A DNA stretch of 64,000 bases from the human T2T-CHM13v2.0 reference genome, Homo sapiens (GCF_009914755.1 NC_060925.1), one strand, 5' to 3'; shown: positions 42,025 to 60,621, counted from the first letter of the stretch. Program-made: numbers and translations. Notes: a model not told the origin generated them from the letters alone.

Positions 42025-42097
42025 CTAACTCCACCATTTATAGCTGCTGAGCAGGTGGATGACATTCGTCAACGTGGGGTTTAGAATAATGCAATGT
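42025..42097 (-). pseudogene. Pseudo-exon g (73 nt, phase 0-1; acceptor decayed to CAA)
   Basis: Long polypyrimidine tract then tttcaa|; TLHYSKPHVDECHPPAQQL*MVEL; TTAG|gtatgt. Confidence 0.55.
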
Positions 42098-42345
42098 TTG
42101 AAATAAAATTAGAAAGAAAATAAGGCCAGGCACGGTGGCTCACGCCTCGAACCCCAGCATTTTGGGAGGCCGAGGCAGGAGGATCGCTTGAGCCCAAGAA
42201 TTCGAGACCAACCTGGGCAACAGGACAAGACTCCATGTGTATTAAAAAAAAAAAATTAAGAAAACAAAAGCTTTGTTAATCGTTAAGTAAGGATTGCAAA
42301 ATGGAAGACAGTAAAGAAAAGGAAGGTCCTAAGAATCTGACCCAC

Positions 42346-42840
42346 GAGTTTCAGTCCAAGTAACCTGGACCTGCCCAGAGGAAGCAAAGCGGAAGTAGGA
42401 TCCAAAACGCTTTCAGCAGGCCGCCTGCGCCCCCGCGCATGCGCAGGTCTCTGACTTTGACCGTTTTGGCGGGTGCGCGCCAGCCCTAGTTTATCTAGAG
42501 GGGAAGGGCGGTGCGGGACCACGTGACTGGGGTTGCGGCATTTCTGGCCCAATCCGAGACGGTTTCGTAGAGCGCCCTGTAGAGCAATTCGGGTTGCCCG
42601 GGTCCTTTCCGAGTCTTGACCTCCTCTTTTGCTTCTGGCTTTTCGACTCTGCTCTCGAATCTAAAAATTTGCCTTGGCAGAAGTTTTTCCCTGTGTTCCA
42701 GGAATTACATTAGGGACACACTCTAAAGTGATCAGCACTTTTTATTTTTTTCCTTCATCAACTAAAATAACATTGCTGTCTCCCCAAGACGCTCGAATTC
42801 TGTTCTATTGCTTGAGATTCCAGAATCGCTGGAGGGCGCC
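42346..42840 (-). pseudogene. Pseudo-exon f (495 nt, phase 0-0; donor uncertain), overlaps the CpG promoter
   Basis: tttttacaacag|GGC...CTC|gtgggt; GALQRFWNLKQ*NRIRASWGDSNVILVDEGKK*KVLITLECVPNVIPG...; 3 stops in 165 codons. Confidence 0.5.
42380..42620. promoter_or_regulatory. Small CpG-rich orphan promoter/enhancer
   Basis: ETS GCGGAAGT 42389-42396, NRF1 GCGCATGCGC 42435-42444, GC box 42506-42511, USF E-box CCACGTGAC 42519-42527, CCAAT 42549-42553; CpGs retained. Confidence 0.75.
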
Positions 42841-43339
42841 CTGTTGTAAAAATAGCACTCCCCACAAAAAGAGAGAGAAAGTTTTATCTATATCAGGGGT
42901 TGAGGATTGGAGAAATAAAGATGAAAAATTTAAAGAAGCAAGTGTCCCCTAGGACTATGACAGATACGTACCTCAACACGTACCCCCAAAGGTCACTTTG
43001 TCAGTTTAAGCATTTAAAATCTCCCAATCTGTCTATTCAAGCCTATCAAAAATCTGAAGTAGTGATGCTGAGATAATATGTGGTTGGTCCAACCCAGTGG
43101 AGTGTGACGGGGAAACAGGGCTTAGAGAAATTTAATCTTAAAACTGGAGTACTTTCCTCATTTCCCTGAAATAAAGGGAATTGGGGGAAAAGCAAAATGG
43201 ATGAGGCTGAGTTCTAGAGCTCTAATCCTTCACGTACTGACTGCTACAGCCCAGGAAGCTTAGCAGTGGTTCATGTCACATACCCCAATATACATGGCTT
43301 GGTAAAAATACGTGTTGACAGGCCGGGCGCAGTGGCTCA

Positions 43340-44124
<785 letters not shown>

Positions 44125-44215
44125 CTAAAGCGGAAAACAGATCGTAGCCTTCACCATCGGCAAGATGGTGCAGTTTATTTAATAGAAAAATCATCAATAT
44201 ACTGCCATATTTTTA

Positions 44216-44753
<538 letters not shown>

Positions 44754-44770
44754 CTGCTTCTGATTATTAA

Positions 44771-45103
<333 letters not shown>

Positions 45104-45187
45104 TAACCCTACTTCAGGGTCTTACTACCCAAAAATGTGACTAGATTTGTATGAAATAAAGTATTTTTGGTTGGGTGCGGTGGCTCA

Positions 45188-45451
<264 letters not shown>

Positions 45452-45474
45452 CTAGTCTCAAAAAAAAAAAAAGC

Positions 45475-45685
45475 AATTTTCTTGGAGATCAACTCATTTT
45501 GTAATTTCCATTTTGTGGTGTAACCATTCTCCTTCAAGTTAGGGTTAGTAACACAAGTAACTACCTCAGGCGGAAGTACCCATGCCAGGTTCTCAAATCT
45601 TAGGCTGAATTAGTACATGAAAAAGGCATGCAGTAGTAGAATTCTATAGTTAAGCAACAGCTGCAGAATATCACTGCATCCAGTA
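45475..45685 (-). pseudogene. Pseudo-exon c (starts phase 2; interrupted by an Alu at 45169-45472)
   Basis: ctcttgtttctag| after an 83-nt intron; [69 protein letters not shown] (1 stop in 70 codons). Confidence 0.7.
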
Positions 45686-45768
45686 CTAGAAACAAGAGAG
45701 GGGAAATTTTCAGCAACTGAAAGCATGTCACATTCCAAAGCCTCTTTAAAATATAGAAAAAACTATAC

Positions 45769-45900
45769 TTAAAGGTGTCTTCGGTCACAATCTCTCACTG
45801 AATTGCTTCATTATCTAACAACTTCATCAAAAACTTTGTGTGGTTCCACCACTTTCTGTAACCAAGAGGTGAAAGGCTTTGAATTTTTTAAAGATAATAC
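45769..45900 (-). pseudogene. Pseudo-exon b (132 nt, phase 2-2)
   Basis: ttttttgcag|G...TTTAA|gtatag; YYL*KIQSLSPLGYRKWWNHTKFLMKLLDNEAIQ*EIVTEDTF(N). Confidence 0.65.
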
Positions 45901-46109
45901 CTGCAAAAAATTATATTAATTTCAGTAAATAATACCTTTAGTTGAAAATACTTCAATATTTTCCATCTCTCAGGAAGCAGAGTTCAATAATTAAAATACC
46001 TTTTCAATATTAAACTGTAAAGCAATCATGAAAACATTACTAATTATACTTGTGCCTTGAATATAAAATTCCAGTTGTCTACATATGAAACATTTTAAAA
46101 ATCACTTAC

Positions 46110-46166
46110 CGTAGAGAAACCAAAAAGAGAGCAGAAAAAAACTATTGTTTCAAGTTTGATTTTGCT
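46110..46166 (-). pseudogene. Pseudo-exon a (57 nt, phase 2-2)
   Basis: tttactag|...CTACG|gtaagt; AKSNLKQ*FFSALFLVSL(R). Confidence 0.55.
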
Positions 46167-46573
46167 CTAGTAAACATTTAAGTATTATGTATATTTCCAT
46201 TTATATTATCAAGATTCAGAAGATAAACATACAATATAATTGGAGAACTTTGGATTCACTTTAGAAAAAACTATTGATATACAATAGTCTTATAATCACT
46301 TTAATAAACCACAGATAATACAAGTATAGGTAATAAACTTATTACTTCAAATCAAACTGCAGAAAGTACTGGTTCAATTTGCAACCCCAAAAGGAAAATT
46401 AAGAGAATACAAATTTTTTTTCTGCCTTTTGGACAAGAAGTTAATAAAGAAGGCCGGGTGTGGTGGCTCACGCCCGTAATCCCAACACTTTGGAAGAATG
46501 AGGCTGGTGGATCACCTGAGGTCAGGGAGTTCGAGACCGGCCTGACCAACATGGCGAAACCTCATCTCTACTA

Positions 46574-46732
<159 letters not shown>

Positions 46733-46812
46733 TCAAAAAAAAAAAAAAGTTAAGAAAGAAGATGATGAGTTAAAACTATTAAATTGTAATGCCAGCTGGG
46801 AGCAGTGGCTCA

Positions 46813-47105
<293 letters not shown>

Positions 47106-47214
47106 TCACATCCAAGTATTTAAATCAGTTAACTTTCAAGCTGTTAGTTTTTAAAAAGACCTTCAAAGCCGCTAATGGTATTGTTGAAAAAGTGAATGCT
47201 ATACACTGAAACTA

Positions 47215-49488
47215 ATCATTATAACAAATCTTCAATTTATTTGAAGCAATTCAGTTTCAAAAACTTTAAGTTACAGCAGTCACAGAAAAAAACAGGGAAC
47301 AGTCAAAAACAATAAAAGAATAATCAGGAGTACTGCAAATTTTTTTGTTTGTTTTTAACACTGTCATGGCTTTATTCAAAACACAGTTGCACAAAAGTAT
47401 TAACTTCAAAGTTTTTAAGGAGATTCTTGAGGAACTTAACACAATATATACATACTGCCATACAAAGAGCATTAAAATAGGACCGAAAACTTCTACAAAA
47501 TATAAAACCCACCCTTACTTATTTGCATGAAAATACCACCCACAAAGCTAAATAAGTCTTAAAAGTTATCTGGAGGCTCTAAGTGTTGTTTTCAAACCAA
47601 AGTACTCTAATTTTGATTGCACAGTAAGATGATTGATAAGAAAGTCAATATATAGATTTCATTTTAAAAATAAGTATTTTGTAATCTGGCATAGTATGTA
47701 ATGAGAATTGTTAGGAACTAGAACAGGGAATTTCAGTTTTTAAAAGCAGAAGAAAAATGTTATCTTTTTGGGGATTCCAATCCCCTCACTAAACTTATCC
47801 CCAAGGGTTTTCTTTCGGTCAGTTGTACAACATTTTTAGTTTCTCCACAAGTAACATCATAATTTTTACTTTAAAACACCAAGTCATACATTTTACATTG
47901 TAGAAGCAGTAGCAGCAGTACTATACTCAGTATTTAAATATGTCCCAGTATAGAAGCATAACTTCAATTAATTTGCTGACACTAACTTCTTAAAAACTTA
48001 CAAATATTCAAAACAAAGGGAAAAAATTTTAGATAGCCAAGATTTAAAAAGCCATTGCCTTGAACATGGAGCCTCCATAGCAAAAGAGGAGATATACTTG
48101 TATACTCATTATATTTTATTTAGTAGCCATGTAAGGAAACACACACTCACTTATCCCAAATATTTTTCTACTTTTAATGGACATCCACTTGAAAACAAAT
48201 CTTAATTTTAATGTCAATTTAGTTTCAAATACTTTTCCAGCTGCCTAGTATATTCCAATTAAATGCTATTATTATATCTGTTTTAAAACTGGGAATTAAA
48301 GGTTAGAAATACTTTGCAGAGTGGTATCCAAATCATTTGAGAGGCCAACATTAAAATTTGACTTTAATGTCTTATTAATATATCAACAGGCAATTGTTCC
48401 GACTTTTGAGGAACACTAACACTGCTTCCAAAAGCACCCCTGCTTTTCTTTCTTCATCCCACTAATATTGTCTTAGATGTTGTCAACCAAGAAACATTTA
48501 TGGTAAGGAGAGCTTACTGCATAAAACTGTATTGATAATATATTCTTATGTCAGAAAATACTCAATTTCTTCTACTTCACTTATTTAAAACCCAGACAGG
48601 ACTGAAAGGTAGTTGAGGTATAAGACTAAAGGTTTTCCTGGGTTTCACAAGTTTCCCAAGTTCCTTTTGAGAGAGCGGGAGGGAGTGAAACAAGAAGGGA
48701 AGGTGATCATAAAGGAATTGCTAAGAAGAAAAAGAATGCACACCTAAAAACAAAATAAACAACCATCGGCATGTCATGATTTGCAGCCTGACAAAAGGGC
48801 TCACCTGCATGTCTCTGGACTTAGTATAAGCAATTTTTCCTTCAAAAATAAAATCTTATCAGTCACCACTAAATCCATGAACCATATTACTGAATAGAAC
48901 CTCCACAAAATCCATGAACTATGTTGCTGAATAGAACCTTTACTATTCTGCTTCTATTTTCCAAGTTACTTGTGACAAAAAAGCAACCAAACACTCTTAG
49001 TCAAAAAAAAAAAAAAAAAAAAAAGGTAACTGCCTTCAAACTAAAGATTCCTGGATCACCTCTAAAAAAATAACCAACTTACCACTCAAGAGACTATTGT
49101 CATTTTATATTATAGCAAACTGTAATTTCAGTTAATTTATAAATAAGGAATGAAATGCACCATACTACACCTGTGTAAAAGTGATCATGTTTTAATTATG
49201 GGCTAAAAATGACTAATACAGTAAGCTTGAATTTAAAAAATTAAGTCTAAATAAATTGCTAGGGAATTCCACAATGGGAGTCAATGAAAATTTTTCTCTA
49301 CATACAATATGATCATTAACAGACTAGTTCTTATTTGGAATGATAAGGCAAAAATAGTAAAACCACACTTTTCCTATAAAAAGTTACACATTATCTTCTG
49401 TAGGGATAGCTATCGTACATGAAGAAACAAAGATGTGATCACTCTATTGCACACCCAGAAACATTAGAGAATCTGGTCTTAGAATGAT
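47215..49488 (-). other. ANP32E: ANP32E 3'UTR (~2.3 kb; lower end approximate)
   Basis: Repeat-free AT-rich block after the stop in an otherwise Alu-saturated region; ends at minus-strand AATAAA signals. Confidence 0.85.
47236..47376 (-). terminator. Tandem poly(A) signals AATAAA at 47371-47376 and 47236-47241
   Basis: tttatt on + strand at both positions; a further candidate at 48115-48120. Confidence 0.7.
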
Positions 49489-49559
49489 CTAGTCATCTTC
49501 TTCCTCTCCATCGTCTTCAGCATCTCGTTTCCTCTTCTCCCCTCGAAGACCTCCTTCTT
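49489..49559 (-). CDS. ANP32E: ANP32E last coding exon with KRKR NLS and TAG stop
   Basis: ctctttaag|AAGAAG...; EEGGLRGEKRKRDAEDDGEEEDD*; phases of exons 2-7 chain correctly. Confidence 0.97.
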
Positions 49560-49713
49560 CTTAAAGAGTGGAAAGAAAAATGCAAAGTGCTTAATTTTAA
49601 CAAATGAGGATTGGTTACATTTTTGAATCTTAGTGAAAAGTTAATGGCAAGGCCTAGCACAGTGGCTCACACCTGTAATCCCAGCACTTTGGGAGGCTGA
49701 GGTGGATGGATCA

Positions 49714-49974
<261 letters not shown>

Positions 49975-50021
49975 TCACGCCAGTAATTCCAATACCTTGG
50001 GAGGCCGAGCCAGGCGGATCA

Positions 50022-50237
<216 letters not shown>

Positions 50238-50240
50238 TCA

Positions 50241-50450
50241 AAAGAGGGAGGGAGGGCAGGCTAAGAGAGGAAGAGAGGAAGAGAGGAAGGAAGGGAGGGA
50301 GGGAGGGAGGGAGGAAAGGAAGGAGAGTGGGAGGAAGGGAGGGAGGGAGGGAGGGAAGGAAAGGAAGGAGAGTGGGAGGAAGGGAGGGAGGGAGGGAGGG
50401 AGGGAAGGAAGGAAGGAAGGAAGGAAGGAAGGAAGGAAGGAAGGAAGGAA
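50241..50450 (+). repeat. Polypurine (GGGA/GGAA)n tract ending in (GGAA)12
   Basis: Seen directly; expanded tail of the Alu at ~49959-50240 in ANP32E intron 6. Confidence 0.97.
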
Positions 50451-51044
50451 ATTATACTTCAAGTTTCCTCTCTGAATTTCTTTAAATTTGAGAAGGTTGA
50501 AAACAGACTTAACAGGCTTAGAAATCCATAATTACAGTTTGCTATGCACCCTTGTGGCCATATCATGAAGTACAGATTAAGAAACCAAGGGCTTGACATC
50601 AATGCAATTGTTAGTAAATTTTAAAAATTATTTTGAGGCTGGGTGCAGTGGCTCACATTTATAATCCTAGCACTTTGCCAAGGCAAGAGGATCAGTTGGG
50701 CCCAGGAGTTCAAGACCAGCCCGGGCAACAGTGAGACCCCGTCTATACAAAAAATACAAAAATTAGCAAGGTGTGGTGGTGGGCACCTGTAGTCTCAGCT
50801 ACTTTGGAAGAGGCTGAGGTGGGAGGATTGCTTAAGCCTGGGAGGTCGAGGCTGCAGTGACCTATGATTGCCACACTGCACTCACTGCTGACAGAGACCC
50901 TGTCTCAAAACAATAAAATGAAATAAAATAAAATAAAATAAAATAAAATAGGCCGGGTGCGGTGGCTCACGCCTATAATCCCAGCACTTTGGGAGGCTGA
51001 GGCAGGCGGATCACGAGGTCAGGAGATCGAGAGCAACCTTGCTA

Positions 51045-51356
<312 letters not shown>

Positions 51357-51991
51357 TCAACAAAGCCTGGGCAATATGGCGAAACCCCATCACTAAAAAA
51401 AAAACATACAGAAATTAGCTGGGCATGATGGTGTGTGCCTGTGGTCCCAGCTACTTGGGAGGCTGAGATGGGGGGATCACCTGAGCCCAAGGAGATTGAG
51501 ACTGCAGTGAGCTGTGATTGCATCACTGTACTCGCCTGGGTAACAAAGTAAGACCCTGTTTCAAACAAACAAACAAAAATATATATATATATAAATTTTT
51601 AAAGGCCTGGAAAACAAATCTAAAAAGAGCATTAATTATCTGGAGTTCAACTGCTCCTCTCTTATAAGATAAGGCTTCACTCTGTCCAAAATGAGACTCT
51701 ATAAAAATAATAAATTGAGCTCAAGGTTCCATTCATCTCTTCATTTGTTTTTAAAATAAATGTTATAAGCTGTTTATGAGTTATGAATTAATGAGTGCCC
51801 TAAGACAATTACTCTTAAAAAAAAAACTTTTATAACTTTGAAGGCACTCTATGATAAAGCAAAATCAAAGGGATCAGTAAAAATTGGCATTATAGGCTCA
51901 TTCTTTAAAGTGTATGAAATACAAATAAATAAAGTATAAAAAATGACTATGTCTTTAATTTTATAATTTGTTTATGGCTAATGTAACTCAC

Positions 51992-52046
51992 CCTCTTCTT
52001 CCTCTTCTTCCCCTTCTTCAACATAGTCATCATCATCTTCTTCATC
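51992..52046 (-). CDS. ANP32E: ANP32E coding exon 6
   Basis: ttcaag|GAT...GAGG|gtgagt; 55 nt; DEEDDDDYVEEGEEEEEE. Confidence 0.97.
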
Positions 52047-52197
52047 CTTGAAATTCAAATATTCAGTTTGAAGATTGAAAAATCCATATGATTTTTCACT
52101 CTTTCTTGTAATATATTCCAACAAGAGCAAAGAAACTATGGTTATTCTGTGTTTTGACAACCTCTGCCATTCTTATAAAGGTCCTTTTTAAAACCTA

Positions 52198-52547
<350 letters not shown>

Positions 52548-52572
52548 TTATTTATTTATTTTTTTTTTTTGA

Positions 52573-52731
<159 letters not shown>

Positions 52732-54156
52732 TAGTAGAGACAGGGTTTCTCCATGTTGGTCAGGCTGGTCTCAAACTCCCGACCTCAAGTGATCCGCCTG
52801 CCTCAGCCTCCCAAAATGGTGAGATTACAGGCGTGAGCCACTGCACCCGGCCAACTGCCTAATTCCTGTATCAGAAATCATTCTTATACAATCAGTTGAA
52901 ATAAAGCATCTCCATACCAGAATACCAGTAAGCTATAAGGAGCGAAAGGAATAGATGAGATAGCAAAAAGCATAAAAAGGAACACAATGAAAATCAGGAA
53001 ATACTGCAGACTAAACTGAAGAAGGAGAGACAAGAAAAAAAGGGGAAGACTGAATGTGGCTTTTGTTGCAGAATTTGTTCATTAAAAAAGGAAAAGGTGG
53101 GGCCAGGTGCAGCGGCTCACCTGTAATCCCAGCACTTTGGGAGGCTGAGGTGCATGGATCACCTGAGGTCAGGAGTTCAAGACCAGCCTGGCCAACACAG
53201 TGAAACCCTGTCTCTACTAAAAATACAAAAAATTAGCCAGGTGTGGTGGTGGGCACCTGTAATCCCAGCTACTCAGGAGAGTGAGGCAGGAGAATCGCTT
53301 GCACTCAAGAGGCAGAGGTAGCAGTGAACCGAGATCGCACCACCCACTCCAGCCTGGGCGACAAGAACGAAACTCCGTCTCAAAAAAGAAAAAAAAAAGA
53401 ACACTTAAAGTTCTGTTCTTCATTATATATAGCTCCTAACTCGCCAAGACCCCAAATGAATATAAATCCTATTTTTTCCATACTAGTTTCATCAGCAAAT
53501 ATGTGTCATTGATCGTTTATATTATGTATCTAACCAATGCAAAACTCATTGAAACAAATATTAGCAACTTCCAGTCTAAATAAGAGATGTTATTTTTAAT
53601 AATAAAAAATACTTTAAATTATGAGTTTTTAAAATAAACTTCAATTTAACATTAGGAGAAAATAACTAACCTAAACTCCCAGGGGCTGTAGATAACTTGT
53701 TCTAGTCAACTGACATTTCCCATGAGCCTACCATGTACCAGTCAGTGTACTAGATGCTGAGATACAAAGGTGAGTGGCACTCCCCTTAAGGAGCTCACCA
53801 CTTAGCAGGAAGTGGCCAAATTATTTTACAAGTGTCTGTAGGCAATAGAATTCTGATCACGATTCAGAGGTAACAGATGGAGGAGTGACTGCCTAAGAAA
53901 AAATATAGAGAGCTTCAATGATGAGGCAACTGAAGAGTTGGGTTTGTAAAGATAAGAATTCACAAAGCATGATTTGGGTGGTGGTTGCACAAGTACATGC
54001 ATATGTAAAATTCCATGGAGTTGTAAATAAAATCAGTGCACTTCACAAGCTTCACTCAGCAAAAAACAAAAAGTTCATCAGAGGCTCATTTCAGATAGAG
54101 TGAACAACATATTCATACACAGCCATAAAGGTAAAATAGTTTGGTGTGATCATTTA

Positions 54157-54565
<409 letters not shown>

Positions 54566-55421
54566 TTAAAGGGTTTCAAGAAGGCTGATGTATAATCACA
54601 TTTGCATTAGACTAAACAGGCAGCACTGTGGAGAATACTCCTAAGTGGTGATGCTGTATTCAGACAGACTATTTAGAAAGCTACTACAAAAGTATAAGCA
54701 AGAGATAATTAGGAGAAAGAAACTTAAGTTTTCTTGAGTGCCTATAATGTGCCAGGGACTATATTCTTTACATAGATTACCTTGTTAAATCCTTAATCCT
54801 ATGAGGTTGATATAACCTGTTTTTTTTTTTTTTTTTTGAGACAGAGTCTTGCTCCGTTGCCCAGGCTGGAGTGCAGAGGCACGATCTCAGCTCACTGCAA
54901 TCTCCGCCTCCTGAGTTCAAGTGATTCTCAGCCTCAGTCTCACGATTAGCTGGGACTACAGGTGTGTGCCATCATGCCCAGCTAATTTTTGTATTTTTAG
55001 TAGATACGGGGTTTCCCCACTCATGTTGGTCAGGCTGGTCTCGAACTCCTGACCTCATGATCCACTTGCCTCAGCCTCCAAAAGTACTGGGATTACAGGT
55101 GTGAGCCACCATGCCCGGCCTAATCTGTTTTATAAATGCAGAAATTGAGGTTCACAGACATTTGTAAAATGTTTCCACCATACCATGCCATTGAGGCTGT
55201 AACAGATTTGAAAGTTATCTGGGAGGTAAAATCAATAGGTGTTTATGATTATCTGGATATAGTTTGGGGTGGAGGACAATGAAAAAAAAGACAGGTGGAT
55301 AGACATATGCACACCCACAACTTAGAAACAACTCTCAGATTGCTACAAAACACACTTTATATAGTACTTACTCCTATGCCTAGAAATTAATTTTCAGTGC
55401 AGGTAAGAAGTGTGTATTCAC

Positions 55422-55609
55422 CTGAATTTCTTCTTTCATTAAGTATGAGAGGCCCACTTCCTCTTCTCCCTCTCCCAACTCTGAACCTGCTTCATCTTCA
55501 TCTTCATCCTCATCCTCATCCTCCTCTTCCTCTTCCTCCTCCTCTTCCTCATATCCTTCCGGTGGACCAGCTTCATTTTCCTCTTCCTCTTCATCATCTT
55601 CATCTCCAT
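55422..55609 (-). CDS. ANP32E: ANP32E coding exon 5 (acidic tract, first half of H2A.Z-binding segment)
   Basis: tttttaaag|ATGGAG...ATTCAG|gtgaat; 188 nt; DGDEDDEEEEENEAGPPEGY(E/D-rich)...EEVGLSYLMKEEIQ. Confidence 0.97.
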
Positions 55610-55911
55610 CTTTAAAAAATCATTTAAAGATGAGTAAATGACTGGGTAAATGTTTCTTCCTAGGATGTTGATGCTTTTTACCCTTGCCCAATCACTTCAA
55701 ACTTGTAAGCCAATAGGTGGAAAGTAACTCACAGCGATACTTTTTTTTTTTTAAGATTTCTGTTTCACAACATTCCTAGTTATTCCTACAAACCAAATGC
55801 GAGAAGTATGGCTTCTAAATACTGGTATCCAATATATATCTAGATTCTCATGAAAATATTGCATGCACTAAAGTTTGTTTTACTTTGTGAACACTTCAAA
55901 ACTTTGCTTGT

Positions 55912-56562
55912 GAGATGTTGGAGAGGCTGCAGAGAAAAGGGAATGCTTGTACACTGTTGGTGGGAATGTAAATTAGTTCAGCCACTATGAAAAGCAGTTT
56001 GGAAATTTCTCAAAGAACTAAAATACAACTACCATTCGACCCAGCAATCCCATTACTGGGTATATACCCAAAGGAAAGTAAATCATTCTACCAAAAAGAC
56101 ACATGCACTTGTATGTTCACCACAGCACTATTCACAATATCAAAGACATGGAACCAACCTAGGTGCCCATCAATGGTGGACTGGATAAAGAAAATGTAGA
56201 ACATACACATGATGGAATACTACACAGCCATAAAGAAAGAATGAAATCATGTCCTTTGCAGCAACATAGATGCAGCTGGGGACCATCATCCTAAGTGGAT
56301 TAATGCAGAAACAAAAAACCAAATACTGCATGCTCACTCTTACAAGCAGGAGTTAAACACTGGGGACACAGGGACATAAAGATGGGAACAGACACTGGAA
56401 ACTTCAAAAGAGGGGAAGGAGGGTGGCTGAAGAACTACCTATTAGGCACTATGTTCACTATTTGGGTGAGAGGATCAGTAGAAGACCAAACCTCAGCATC
56501 ATGCAATACACCCATGGAATAAACTTGCACACGTACCCCCTTAATCTAAAATAAAAAATAAA
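55912..56562 (+). mobile_element. 5'-truncated L1 (L1PB-like) 3' end, antisense in ANP32E intron 4
   Basis: ORF2 C-terminus LPFDPAIPLLGIYPKE...TWNQPRCPSMVDWIKKM, L1 3'UTR and A-rich tail. Confidence 0.9.
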
Positions 56563-56734
56563 CCTGCTTATCTATCATTTCATCATTTTATAACAGTATT
56601 TATCCATCAAATTTCTTTTTACGATGAAGTTTTCACTCAATAATAATGAGCAGTATCCTATTACTAACAGCTATTCTGTCATCTGATCTGTTAGTCATCC
56701 ACTTACCTAAAACTGTATGCTCACAATATACTTC

Positions 56735-57590
<856 letters not shown>

Positions 57591-57873
57591 TTTTAAAAAA
57601 ATACTATTTAAGAGGTTGCCACTTTTACTGGGTGTACAACTTTCTACAGATATAAAATTTCACAGAGCTTCATGTTATAATAGTCATTAAATTCCCTGAA
57701 ACTATGGGAAATCTGAAAGAAGAAATACTGGCTAGAGCTATGGGTTTTTAATTTTTTCTTGTCTTACTAATATCTTGTTGTGGATTTTTTTTTTTCACAC
57801 CTAAATTTCCAGGCCCAATCTAATTTGCACAGCTACAGCAGAGGCTATAATTATGACACACTTATGAGTATTA

Positions 57874-58456
<583 letters not shown>

Positions 58457-58657
58457 TAATTTTGTATTTTTATTAGAGACAGGGTTTCTCCACATTGGTC
58501 AGGCTGGTCTCGAACTCCTGACCTCAGGTGATCTGCCTGCCTCGGCCTCCCAAGGTGCTAGGATTACAGGCGTGAGCCACCGCGCCCGGCCTAATTTTTG
58601 TATTTTTAGTAGAGACGGGCTTTTACCATGTTGGCCAGGATGGCCTCAATCTCCTGA

Positions 58658-59098
<441 letters not shown>

Positions 59099-59304
59099 TA
59101 ATCAAGAAGCAAAGAAAAAGAATGAAAGAAGGTTAAAAAAAAAATACTGGAAATGTTAAAACCAGATAGTCAACTCCTGAAGTTGATGATAAAATAAATT
59201 TCTCATTGATTTAAAAATTCATCTGAATATTTTAGTCTAAAAGAAACAAAAGCAGTAACTGCCTAGATCACAACATACAAAAAATTCTTAAGTTTTAAGA
59301 GTTA

Positions 59305-59508
<204 letters not shown>

Positions 59509-60621
59509 CTATACATTCAACAAAGGAAAAAAACAAAGAATGGTAAAGGTATCATATCAAACTTTTTTTTTTTTTTTGAAATGTAGTCTCACTCTGTCGC
59601 CCAGGCTGGAGTGCAGTGGTGCGATCTCCACTCACTGCAACCTCCGCCTCCTGGGTTCAAGCAAATTCTCCTGCCTCAGCCTCCCAAGTAGCTGGGATTA
59701 CAGGTGCCCACCACCACACCCAGCTAACTTTTGTATTTTTGGTACAGATGGGGTTTCACCATGTTAGCCAGGCTGGTCTCGAACTCCTGACCTCAGGTGA
59801 TCCACCCGCCTCGGCCTCCCAAAGTGCTGGGATTACAGGCATGAACCACTGAGCCTGGCATATCAAAGATTTTTAAAGTATATCAATTTGAAGAAAAAAA
59901 ACTGTCATTCTCTCTGGCTTCAAGAAACTATCACGACAGATCATTAATTTCCAAATTCCTTTCTACATCTGCCAAATAATGTATTAGAACACCTACATAA
60001 TGGGCTCTTAACCCAGCTTGGATTCTAGTTGTACTACATTTGGATTTCATGATGTAGAGAAAAATATTTGGTATATATTAAATCCAAATTCATATTATAA
60101 GGCAATTCCACTATTAGATTTACATTTCTAGGCCGGGCACAGAGGCTCACTCCTTTAATCCCAGCACTGTGGGAGGCCGAGGCAGGAGGATGACCGGAGC
60201 CCAGGAATTTGAAACCAGTCTGGACAACATGGTGAAACCCTATCTCTGCAAAAAATACAAAAATTAGCCAGGTGTGGTGGCGCATGCCTGTAGTCTCAGC
60301 TACTCGGGAGGCTGAGGTGGGAGGATGCTTGAGCTCGGGAGGCAGAGGTTGCAATGAGCCAAGATCTTGCCACGGCACTCCAGCCTGGCAAGACCCTGTC
60401 TCAAAAATAAATAAATAAATAAATTTATAAAAGCAGTGTTTTTAAGACCCTGTCTCAAAAATAAATAAATAAATAAATTTATAAAAGCAGTATTAGAGCT
60501 TATTCTCAAAATCCTATATAACTTTTTCTTATCTCTAGAAACTTAAAAACTTCTAATTAACAAGCAGAATGGTCATTCCATTTGGCCAAACACTAGACAT
60601 ATAGCCGTGGCATTGAAATCA

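Noticed and set aside
55397-55615. Pro/His/Leu-rich + strand ORF
   Set aside because: Antisense shadow of the Glu/Asp codons of ANP32E exon 5
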